A DNA stretch of 62,410 nt, the filler included. It is 7 parts of 7 records of this genome, joined end to end, with 100 filler letters (N's around TTAATTAATTAA, not from the genome) between each part and the next. Parts side by side here need not be neighbours in the genome. Positions count along the whole stretch, not along the records: positions 1 to 11,246 come from SRR31147125_23505; 6 more parts are not named here. The stretch is one strand, 5' to 3'. A program made the translations under genes and the position numbers. The notes beneath the pieces are model-generated. The model was not told where the DNA came from and ran no database searches. It worked only from the letters and a program-made list of their open reading frames with translations. Position 1 is the stretch's first letter. Each line of letters starts with the position of its first letter. Positions 1-8,790 of this stretch are shown piece after piece.

Positions 1-144
1 TATAATATTATATGTTAAAAACCATACTGCTAATTTCTGTATGCTGTCTATGCCGTTTGACACTGTTGAAAACAGTATAAAAAAGCATGCAAAGTCTACA
101 GCGAAGTGTGCAAATGTGTAAATTGCTAGTGAGCGTTTGTGCAT
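1..144 (-). CDS. 5' part of a probable MFS-type membrane transporter (runs off window; one apparent frameshift in a T run)
   Basis: ATG at 144 behind AAGGGGA; reads MHKRSLAIYTFAHFAVDFACF and, after a one-base correction, FILFSTVSNGIDSIQKLAVWFLTYNII; the HFxVD...YN pattern resembles the start of Fsr-like MFS proteins. Confidence 0.5.
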   Translation of the reverse strand, partial: MHKRSLAIYTFAHFAVDFACFFILFSTVSNGIDSIQKLAVWFLTYNII

Positions 145-159
145 AATCGTCCCCTTAAT

Positions 160-738
160 CTAGTAAGTATTTTCCTTGATTTTTTTACCCCAATAGCTCT
201 CTATAATGTCAATATCCTCTTCATTACATTCAATAAAGCATCCACCAGAGAGCTTAATTTGTCTTTTTTCAATTTTATCAATTTGCTTATTCTTTTTATT
301 TATCCCCTTATAAAACTGTCCCTTGTTTAATATAATCATTAATCCAAATGACTTATTACCAATAAGTACATCTATTGCTTTATTAAAATTTAGTCTTTCT
401 ATATATGATACGTCTTTCCAACTATAGCTTTCCTCTATCTCTACGCCCTTTATTTCATCATATACTGTTATTTTTGTATCATTATACTCATGTTTTTGGT
501 TTAGGCTTACTAGATATATATTGTTACTATTGCTTAAAAATGATGAAAGTGTATATAACGCTAAATAAAATGTTAGGCTGGCAATCATTAAACACATTAC
601 GCTAAACATAGAATTACTATTAAAGGTTAGAATGCCCCCAATAAAAAATGTAACTAAAATTGAATGCCATACTATCATAAATACTAAAGATCTTTTATAA
701 CTTTTTTTATGCTTTTCTGATAATGAGCTATATTTCAT
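160..738 (-). CDS. Hypothetical membrane protein (2 N-terminal TM helices plus soluble domain)
   Basis: ORF 160..768; likely start ATG 738 (MKYSSLSEK) behind a G-rich RBS, overlapping the upstream stop; two hydrophobic segments. Confidence 0.65.
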   Translation of the reverse strand: MKYSSLSEKHKKSYKRSLVFMIVWHSILVTFFIGGILTFNSNSMFSVMCLMIASLTFYLALYTLSSFLSNSNNIYLVSLNQKHEYNDTKITVYDEIKGVEIEESYSWKDVSYIERLNFNKAIDVLIGNKSFGLMIILNKGQFYKGINKKNKQIDKIEKRQIKLSGGCFIECNEEDIDIIESYWGKKIKENTY

Positions 739-1276
739 ATTTCCCCCCAATTGCCAGTAAGTATTCACCTACTACTTCTTCTTTGTAGTATTTCTTTATT
801 TCATTATATAAATCAAAATAGTATCCTATAAATAAAAAGTCTTCAGTAATGTACTTTGTATATCCTCCTTTGGTTAGCATTGTTTTTACTTTATCTTGTT
901 TTTTATCTTCGCTCAATGATTTGTGAAAAATATAAATTATAGGAGACTTTGAACGCTTCCCCATAGCAATTGAGCCAATGTCTTGCCATTCCATTGTAAA
1001 GTTAAGCTTTGGACTTTTGTATTCTATTCCTGATTCATCAATTATTACTTTATGTTTTTTTGTACCCATATTTCTTATTACAACAATCCAAATGATTATC
1101 CATAATAATGATATCCCCACTAAAACACTTGTAAGTATAATCGCATCTGATTTTGATGCGAATCCATCGACTGAAAAAATAAACAACAAAAGTCCCATGC
1201 AAATCATAGGTACCATTGATATGGATAATAAATATCGCCACACTCTATGCTTTTCATTAAATAAATAAAACTCCAC
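728..1276 (-). CDS. Hypothetical membrane protein (2 TM plus PH-like tail), probable distant paralog of 160..738
   Basis: 182 aa; two TM segments then 'IDESGIEY...MEWQDI'; both proteins share a W-x-D-[IV] motif and end in 'I..Y[YW]'. Confidence 0.65.
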   Translation of the reverse strand: MEFYLFNEKHRVWRYLLSISMVPMICMGLLLFIFSVDGFASKSDAIILTSVLVGISLLWIIIWIVVIRNMGTKKHKVIIDESGIEYKSPKLNFTMEWQDIGSIAMGKRSKSPIIYIFHKSLSEDKKQDKVKTMLTKGGYTKYITEDFLFIGYYFDLYNEIKKYYKEEVVGEYLLAIGGKYEI

Positions 1277-1314
1277 TCTTCACTCCTCTTCTTAAGTTTC
1301 TCAAAATTAGCTTC

Positions 1315-2001
1315 TTACTTCCACATCTTTAATATCTCAAGCCTAGACCCCTTAGGGCTATCGCAATGTTCACCATCGCTGCAGGAATAGTCTTTTAGCA
1401 TATCGCAGGGCATAATGTCACATTGTCCGCAATGAGTAAGTCCTTTTTCTAAACAGCATTTAGCTATTTTACATTCACCATAGAAAGGATTGCCTTTGGT
1501 TGCTGTGCACCCTTTGCAGTTATGGTTTTTTACAAAGTCGCATGTAGTGCATAAAAGTCCGCAATAGGATACTGGGTTGATAAAAGTGTTAATATCAAAT
1601 TTAGCTATCTCTCTGTCTATCCATAAAGACACTCTTTCTGTAGCAAATTCTATTATACAGTACTCTGGGTCATCTACTCCTTTTGGATAGTGGTTTATAA
1701 ACCAGTCAAGCCACAGTTGCTTTTTAATCTTTTTATCCTCTATAATTTTAGCCGTACCAATTAGTGTAATATTATCATTTCCTTTTGTTACACATACACT
1801 TGCCTTATTGTTTTTACGTAATGATTGTGATAAGTTACCGCTTGTATTTGTACTGATATAGCCACCTAATATACTAGCAGGTTTACAAAATGTTCTGGTT
1901 GCTACGTGGGGATATCCTTCTGGTGTAATTATTGCAAAGCTTATATTTTGCGCTTCCTTTAATATGTCGTTTACCTTTTTAATAATATCATGTTGTTTCA
2001 T
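1315..2001 (-). CDS. Pyridoxamine-5'-phosphate-oxidase-like (general stress protein 26 type) domain fused to a Cys-rich DUF3795-like domain
   Basis: Start ATG 2001 behind GGAGG; 'KKQLWLDWFINHYPKGVDDPEYCIIEF' motif; C-terminal 'SYCGLLCTTC...CKGC...CKIAKCC...HCGQCDIMPC'. Confidence 0.8.
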   Translation of the reverse strand: MKQHDIIKKVNDILKEAQNISFAIITPEGYPHVATRTFCKPASILGGYISTNTSGNLSQSLRKNNKASVCVTKGNDNITLIGTAKIIEDKKIKKQLWLDWFINHYPKGVDDPEYCIIEFATERVSLWIDREIAKFDINTFINPVSYCGLLCTTCDFVKNHNCKGCTATKGNPFYGECKIAKCCLEKGLTHCGQCDIMPCDMLKDYSCSDGEHCDSPKGSRLEILKMWK

Positions 2002-2040
2002 ATCTGCCTCCAAATAGTTTATCTATATATTATCAAATAT

Positions 2041-2064
2041 AACACGACATCTATATGACATGTT
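2041..2064. promoter_or_regulatory. Imperfect inverted repeat, candidate WYL-regulator binding site
   Basis: AACACGACA-N6-TGACATGTT (7/9 arm symmetry) between the WYL gene stop and a GATAAT -10-like element of the next gene. Confidence 0.45.
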
Positions 2065-2069
2065 TGAAT

Positions 2070-2960
2070 TTACTTATACATATTATTAAGTTTGTTTGCA
2101 ATACCTTTTATTTCTGCTATCAATTCCTTTGGTTCTAATACTTTTACTTTATCGCCAAAACCAAGTATCCAATTAAGCATAAAGTCATAATTAGTAAAGT
2201 CCCTTTGGAATTGCAATTTACCATCGTCTAAAGTATTATAGGACTTATTTCCATATTCTTCTACCAGTTTATATTCCTCGCTATTATCAAAGATAGCTTT
2301 TAATTGGTAGTTGCTTGGAAATATATCTCCTATTATATCATCTTCATATTTTATTTCTCTCTTTGTAAATATCTCATCAGTTATTTTTATATCCCATAAT
2401 CTGTTTAGCTTATACAGCATAAAATCCGTAGAATAACCATACAAATACCAGTTATCCCATTTGAAAATAATATAGTATGGCTCAATTAGCTTTTGGCTCT
2501 TTTTCTTTTTGCTGTAGTATGTAAATTCTATACATTTTGAGTCTTCAACAGCATTTTTAATTATATCTATCTTTTCTGCGATGCTATCTTTATAAAACGA
2601 GCCTAATTCTATTTTTACTATGTTGTCATACGTTGTGCCTTCTGTAGGTATAATTTTTTTAATAAGTACTTCAATATCATTAGATTGACTTACACTTTTT
2701 AAAGCACTAAGTCCTGTAATAATTTCTGAGAGCTCTTTTTTCTTAAATATATTCTTATCTATCTTATAACCTTCATGAATGTAAATGCCTCCCTTATTTC
2801 CCTGCTTAGTAACAATAGGGATTCCTGACATGCACAGCGTTTCTATGTCCCTATTTATAGTTCTTTTAGAAACCTCAAAATGCTCAGCTAATTGAGGAGC
2901 TGTAACTATTTTATTTTTAGAAAGCAATACTAATATGCCAAGTAATCTATCAATTTTCAT
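2070..2960 (-). CDS. YafY-family HTH-WYL-WCX transcriptional regulator
   Basis: N-terminal 'MKIDRLLGIL...TAPQLAEHFEVSKRTINRDIETL...GGIY'; 'EPYYIIFKWDNWYLYGY'; C-terminal 'ILGFGDKVKVLEP'. Confidence 0.93.
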   Translation of the reverse strand: MKIDRLLGILVLLSKNKIVTAPQLAEHFEVSKRTINRDIETLCMSGIPIVTKQGNKGGIYIHEGYKIDKNIFKKKELSEIITGLSALKSVSQSNDIEVLIKKIIPTEGTTYDNIVKIELGSFYKDSIAEKIDIIKNAVEDSKCIEFTYYSKKKKSQKLIEPYYIIFKWDNWYLYGYSTDFMLYKLNRLWDIKITDEIFTKREIKYEDDIIGDIFPSNYQLKAIFDNSEEYKLVEEYGNKSYNTLDDGKLQFQRDFTNYDFMLNWILGFGDKVKVLEPKELIAEIKGIANKLNNMYK

Positions 2961-3171
2961 AATATATCCTTTTATAGAGAAATTATATCATACTATCTTG
3001 TCAAAATATAAAAAATGTAATCTATTATAGGTATAGGTGAATATCTTGTGGATTTTTAAGATATATGTTGTATTATTTTGCTATAATGCGTGAATCTTAA
3101 CACCTTTGTAATAAATATATGATATCTTTACAATATATAAACTACGTAACAATAGATATAGGATAAGAATT

Positions 3172-5883
3172 ATGAAGCGAAAATTATTTACTTTAGCACT
3201 TTTTGCATTTTTAATAGTGCTAATTTTACCATGTACGGCTATTGCCGCTGACTTTTCAGTATCTTCAGATACTGATTTGTCATCTCTATCTTTAACTTCA
3301 GGAGATACTATTACTGTCCAGAGCGGATCAGATATTAAATTATATTCATCAAATTCATCTTTTAATTATAACATAGGAATAATATGCGAAAGCAATGCAG
3401 CCATAACTATCGAAAATATAAATATAATTTCTACCACCCAATGTGCTCTTACTTTTCAAGGAGGCAATAATACTCTTGTTATTTCTGGTACAAATAATAT
3501 GCAGTCATCAGCTAGTAATCCAGGCATAAAGGTAGAAGATTCAACTATTTTAACCATATCGGGTACGGGCACGTTGACTGCTCGCGGCGGCTCACATGGC
3601 GCTGGTATTGGCGGCAGTGAAAACGTTGGGGCAGTTACTAGTGAAGCTAGTAGAATAAATGCAGGTACTATAAATATACTATCTGGTACTATTAATGCAT
3701 ATGGCGGCAGATACGCAGCTGGTATTGGCGGTGGTGAACAAGGGCACGGCGGTAACATCAACATTTCTGGCGGAACTATTTATGCACAAGGCAATACAAG
3801 CGGTGCAGGTATCGGCGGCGGTGCAGTAGCTAAAAGCGGTATAATAAACATATCAGGCGGTACTATTACTGCACAAGGCAGCACTAGCGGTGCTGGCATT
3901 GGTGCAGGCAGTTTATTTGCTGTAGAGGAGATAAATATATCAGGCGGTACTATTACAGCATATGGCGGCAGTTATTCTGCTGCTATTGGCGGAGGATCAC
4001 AAAGTGCAGGTGGCAAAATTAATATATCAGGCGGTACTATTACTGCACAAGGAAGATATAGAGGAACGGCCATAGGGGGAGGCTACTATACAGACTGCGG
4101 TACAATAAAAATAACCGACGGTAATATCAGAGCTACCATTTCATCCGGTGCATATTCAGCTGCCATAGGCACAAGCCAGTTTGGAAGAGGCGGGAATATA
4201 ATAATTGAGGGCGGAAACATTTATGCAAGCGGCGGCAGCTATGGCGGTGCTGGTATAGGAAGCGGTCGCCAAAGCAGTTCGACTGCTGATGAGCTAACAT
4301 CAATTGAAATTTCTGGCGGAACAGTAGAGGCTAGAGCACGGTATGCTGCTGCCATAGGCGGTGGGAGATATGTATCCAATGCAGGTGAAATAAAATTAAC
4401 AGGCGGATTAATTATAACAGATACATATCCATCAAGCTACAATGACATTGGTGCATGTACAAATAGCTATGCAGGGAGTGTAAATATAAGCGGAGATGCT
4501 GCATTGTTTATTCAAGACAATACATCTTCAACCATAGTTACAAGCACACACAGCTATTATAACGATGAAACTTATGTATCTGGCAGTGCATATGGCTACT
4601 CTTTGCCTTCATACTACTCTGGCAAAGCATATGCATGGCTTCCTGCTATTCCTGTAACTTATGTGGCTGGTGAGAATGGCAGTATTGTTGTGGACGATGT
4701 ATCAGCGAAAGATAGCTTTGCTGGAACGGATTATTCCAAGAAGAAAAAGGAAAAAGTATTGAAGGGATATTGCCCTAAAAATGCACCTGCAACTCTTGCT
4801 AATGAAGGTTATGTATTTAAAGGTTGGAGTAATGACACAATTACAACCAAAAATTTAAATAAGTTCATTATAGATGCTCCTACAACTTTAACCGCTGTTT
4901 TTGCACCTATTTCAGTAGATGGAGTTACAATAGATATTGATAGTGCAACATTAGTACTTGGGGATTTAAATCCTGCTAATAATATAATCCAACTAGCTGC
5001 AACAGTGACTCCTGATAATGCTGGTAATAAAAATATTACATGGTCTAGCAATGATACATCCATAGCTACAGTTGATAACACAGGATTAGTAACAGCGGTA
5101 TCATCAGGTGTTACAACAATTACTGTAACAACCGAAGATGGAGGACATACAGCTACTAGTACTATTACAGTTATTCAGCATGTTACTGATGTAACATTGG
5201 ATAAGCATAATGAAATATACTATAAAAATGATGTAGATACATTAACTTGTGATGTTGTTCCTTATGATGCATTTGATAGAACTGTAACATGGCATTGTGA
5301 TAACCCTAACGTGCTTACTTACACCGTAGTTGACGATTCAACAATTGAGTTTACAGCTGTTGAAGCCAGGTAGTGCTCATGTAACTGTTACAACCAATGA
5401 TATGGGTTATCAGGATACTTTTACTATCAATGTTCATAACCCAGATAACGACCCTAACTCAAGTAAGGCGGGATTGTCCTGCGAACTTGTAGACAGTACG
5501 GGTGCTGGTGTTCCTGACTATAAATTCACTTTATACTCTGACCCTATTTGGTATTAACAGATGCTGTAGGGAAAGTTACATTTGATAATATTGCATACGA
5601 TTATCATACACTTACAATAAAAGATAGTTCTGGAGTAGAGATTAGGCGATACGATTTAGTCTTTTCTGCTGGATCACAGACTGGGTATTCTATATCTGGC
5701 GGAGATATCAGCCTAACTTATACTGGGTATACAAAGAATATTCATTTGCTTTTTGATATTAGCGACCCAGGCAGTAATATCAGTTTGATAGATGCTGAAT
5801 TTACAGTAATTAATCCATCAACAGGTGATGATTCTACATGGTTTGAAAGAGTAATAAGATTTATAAAAGGGCTGTTTAGTTAG
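3172..5883 (+). CDS. Secreted/surface protein with Gly-rich repeats and Ig-like (Big_2) domains; one gene split by two apparent frameshifts (~5365, ~5549)
   Basis: Signal peptide (AIA-A); repeated 'AGIGGG...INISGGTITA.G'; Ig-like 'TVTPDNAGNKNITWSSNDTSIATVDNTGLVTAVSSG'; ORFs 3172-5373, 5330-5557 and 5548-5883 read continuously after single-base corrections. Confidence 0.8.
3560..4420 (+). repeat. Intragenic ~28-30 aa Gly-rich tandem repeats (probable beta-solenoid)
   Basis: ATATCAGGCGGTACTATTAC recurs at ~3850, ~3937 and ~4024 (87-nt period); roughly nine degenerate protein repeats. Confidence 0.8.
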
Positions 5884-5892
5884 CAGCCCTTT
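5866..5892. terminator. Probable bidirectional intrinsic terminator between convergent genes
   Basis: AAAGGGCTG-N9-CAGCCCTTT perfect 9-bp stem with A/T flanks. Confidence 0.65.
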
Positions 5893-5902
5893 GTTTAAAT
5901 GT

Positions 5903-7210
5903 TTATTTATATAAAGTTTTCTCAACAGCCTCTATTACTTCATCTTTACCTTTGTCCCCACGATAATAAATGTATATCAATTCGTTGTTGTTGCATAGAC
6001 ACAATTCAACGGTTCTTTCACCCATATACATAAAATCTTTGTATGCAATTTTATTAAAATACTCTGAACTTGTATATTGCGTATCTCCTAGGAATTGATA
6101 AGCACCGCTATTTAATCTTTGTGCTATACATGCATTACTTGAAATATAGGTTAAAAAAGGTATTAACGACTTACTGTATATAATTTCGTACTCTACCATT
6201 TTTGTACTACCATTTTCGCTTTTAGATAAACCTATTTCTTCGGCTCTATAAAATGTAGTGATAAAAGGACTGGGTATGTAATCGCCATATGTAGGCATTA
6301 TATCTTTTTTATATGCTTGCTGAACATCTTCTAGTCTAATAAAATTATTTACATTATCTAAATTTGATTCTACTATAAGAAAATATGGAGAGACAGCAAA
6401 AAGAATTGTATAAAATACTATAACCGCTTTTAGAAAAAAAGTAACTAATGACTTTGCAATATGTCTTGGGAAATATTCTTTATAATTTCCATACTCGCTT
6501 TTGTCTGCATTTTCATAACTATATATCCTTTGTTTTTCTTTGCTCTGCACTATTGCAAGCAAAGCAAAAACTGCAGAAAACGTAAGCAAAATACCCGAGA
6601 TATATAAAAAATAAGTAACAACATACCCTATTACAGCAACAATTGCAAATGTTATACTTGCAGCTTTATAAGTTCTGCAAAGCTTCTTTTCCTTAATACG
6701 CTTATTATTTATTCCTGTTTTATTATATAGTGCAACTAAAGATTTATCAGGCTTTTGTTCTTGATTTACTTTGAAAACATAGTATTTAATTTGTTTCGTT
6801 GTTGAACCAAATGCAATTGGAGAAACATCATTTTCAATAATCGTCCAACCTGCTCTTTCATACAATTTTATTACTTCGTGTTCAAAATAATCTCCATCGT
6901 ATGCCATAACACGATACTTAATGTCTTGCGAATCGCCTTTTTTAAAAATGGCAAAAGATACGCCAATTCTTTTTAAAATTAAACCTTGTTTTGCCATTTT
7001 GTTTAGCCAATACTCAATTTTTTCCGTATACATTATTCTGTCAGGAAGTAATTTAAAAGCTTTTTTTGTTAAAACAAGATATATTGCAAAGCAAAGGAAA
7101 AGCAAGAATAAAAGTATAAGTAAAACAATTGATAAAGCTACCAATATTTTAAATATCTGAAAATCGCCTGCTATTATATCTAATAAATTTTTAATTATAT
7201 TTGTTTCCAT
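5903..7210 (-). CDS. DUF2812-like membrane protein
   Basis: 'EYWLNKMAKQGLIL...FKKG...YR...LYERAGW' motif plus several TM helices. Confidence 0.7.
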   Translation of the reverse strand: METNIIKNLLDIIAGDFQIFKILVALSIVLLILLFLLFLCFAIYLVLTKKAFKLLPDRIMYTEKIEYWLNKMAKQGLILKRIGVSFAIFKKGDSQDIKYRVMAYDGDYFEHEVIKLYERAGWTIIENDVSPIAFGSTTKQIKYYVFKVNQEQKPDKSLVALYNKTGINNKRIKEKKLCRTYKAASITFAIVAVIGYVVTYFLYISGILLTFSAVFALLAIVQSKEKQRIYSYENADKSEYGNYKEYFPRHIAKSLVTFFLKAVIVFYTILFAVSPYFLIVESNLDNVNNFIRLEDVQQAYKKDIMPTYGDYIPSPFITTFYRAEEIGLSKSENGSTKMVEYEIIYSKSLIPFLTYISSNACIAQRLNSGAYQFLGDTQYTSSEYFNKIAYKDFMYMGERTVELCLCNNNELIYIYYRGDKGKDEVIEAVEKTLYK

Positions 7211-7239
7211 ATTAATCTCCTAATCCGCATTATATTATA

Positions 7240-7620
7240 CTACTGTGTTAATATCTTGTCTACTGCATCTATTATTTGCTGCGGCGTTTTGTTGCCTTTA
7301 TATTCGATATCTATTATGCTTATAAATGAGCTAACATTTTCTAAGTTAATATTAATTTTATTAATATCATCTGCATATTTAAATGGAATTGTTAATATGA
7401 AAAATATAGTAACTAATAGAAAATAGAGTAATCTAAAACGCCTTGTTGAGAAATGTTTTTTATTTGTAAGCTTTGGTTCTATGCCTATATTATACACTAT
7501 CTCATCTTTTAATGATGCTTGCCTGTAATTATTACAGACAATATCATTCCGCGAACAAAATAGCAAAGCACAAACGTTTAAGCCTCTGCTTTGCTATATA
7601 ATTTCTATCTTAAGATTGTT
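7240..7620 (-). pseudogene. Decayed, internally deleted duplicate of the DUF2812-like gene
   Basis: Fragments KLYSKAEA*, NLENVSSFISI.DI and YKGNKTPQQIIDAVDKIL match KLYERAGW, NLDNVNNFIRLEDV and YRGDKGKDEVIEAVEKTL of 5903..7210; no good start. Confidence 0.6.
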
Positions 7621-7626
7621 CTTATA

Positions 7627-8598
7627 TTATTCATTCAATTCTATTGCCATATGCAATTGGTTTTGCATTAATGCAAGTGAGAAGAAACACAATAGGAAAA
7701 ACCCTTGAACTGCATAAAGCACACTCATGTCAGCATCATTTGCAATCTTTGCCAATCTTTTACCATTTTTATATAGCCAATAAATTGCGTAGAAAGGCAC
7801 TATAAAGAACATTGCAGTTTCCAAAGATGAGTTAACTTGTTTGTTTTCTAGCTTTGCTATATCCTCTGAAATAGACTTAACCCAAAATACTGCATAAACA
7901 CCTAGAGTGATAATAGATAGAACAATACGCAATGCTATATTTTTCTTTACTACATCTTTGTCCTTTGACTTTGGAGGAAGTAGTGCACAGCATGACCAGA
8001 TTAACACTGAAATACCTAGCTTCAAAAATATTAATACCAAAGTTTGATATATATATATAGTTGATGCGGAAGCTTTTATATATATAATTAATTGTTCGAT
8101 ATTAAACCATAACGAAAACCCTGAGGCCAATGTTACAAATATTGATGCAAAAACTATTACTATGCTTTTTCTTATTGTATAAATACCAAACAAAATATAA
8201 GCAAGGGCTAAAGTTACGAAACTAAACACATAATACGTATCTTCAATGGTTATCGTGTTTTCTATGGCTACACTAACTATCCTATATATATTAAGTGCTC
8301 CAAGCAACATAAGCGGAATTGTTAAATACTTTATTCTGGAAGTCTTAAACACTGCAAGTATAGTTAATACTAACATCGCTGTAGCTACTAAAAAATCAAC
8401 TGCTGTAACAGAAAAACTCCAGTCAATCAGCTGATTCTTAATAGCATCAGGTAGGACTTTTATTAAATATACTGCATATATTGCTAAATAAATGAATAAT
8501 AATATACCAGCCACTAGAATAGGTATACTTATCTTTTTGTCATTTCTAATCTCTAGTGTATCTTTTGTTTCTATAGTTTCCATGGTTTCTCCTAACAT
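7627..8598 (-). CDS. Polytopic membrane protein with C-terminal DUF4234-like domain
   Basis: 'IVLSIITLGVYAVFW...PFYAIYWLYK.G.RL...LMQNQL' motif; multiple TM helices. Confidence 0.7.
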   Translation of the reverse strand: MLGETMETIETKDTLEIRNDKKISIPILVAGILLFIYLAIYAVYLIKVLPDAIKNQLIDWSFSVTAVDFLVATAMLVLTILAVFKTSRIKYLTIPLMLLGALNIYRIVSVAIENTITIEDTYYVFSFVTLALAYILFGIYTIRKSIVIVFASIFVTLASGFSLWFNIEQLIIYIKASASTIYIYQTLVLIFLKLGISVLIWSCCALLPPKSKDKDVVKKNIALRIVLSIITLGVYAVFWVKSISEDIAKLENKQVNSSLETAMFFIVPFYAIYWLYKNGKRLAKIANDADMSVLYAVQGFFLLCFFSLALMQNQLHMAIELNE

Positions 8599-8678
8599 TC
8601 TATTAATTTATTCTTAGTGGAATTTTTTCACATTATTATACCATATATTCTATGTAATATGAATTAAATTTATAAGAA

Positions 8679-8715
8679 GGTGTCCTAGATTGTTTGTATA
8701 ACAATTTAGCACACC
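8679..8715 (-). terminator. Hairpin downstream of ppk1, possible terminator
   Basis: GGTGTcCTAGATTGTT-tgtat-AACAATTTAGcACACC imperfect 16-bp stem. Confidence 0.45.
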
Positions 8716-8790
8716 CATCATTACTTATTAATCTGTAAATCAATTACGCTTACCATCCCCAATAATTATCAATACTCTATTGCATTTTAT

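Noticed and set aside
3560-4420. 87-nt periodic repeats as a CRISPR array
   Set aside because: They are in-frame, degenerate coding repeats; no cas genes present
5365-5375. TAG read-through (pyrrolysine or recoding) in the surface protein
   Set aside because: The protein continues in a different frame, so it is an indel rather than stop recoding
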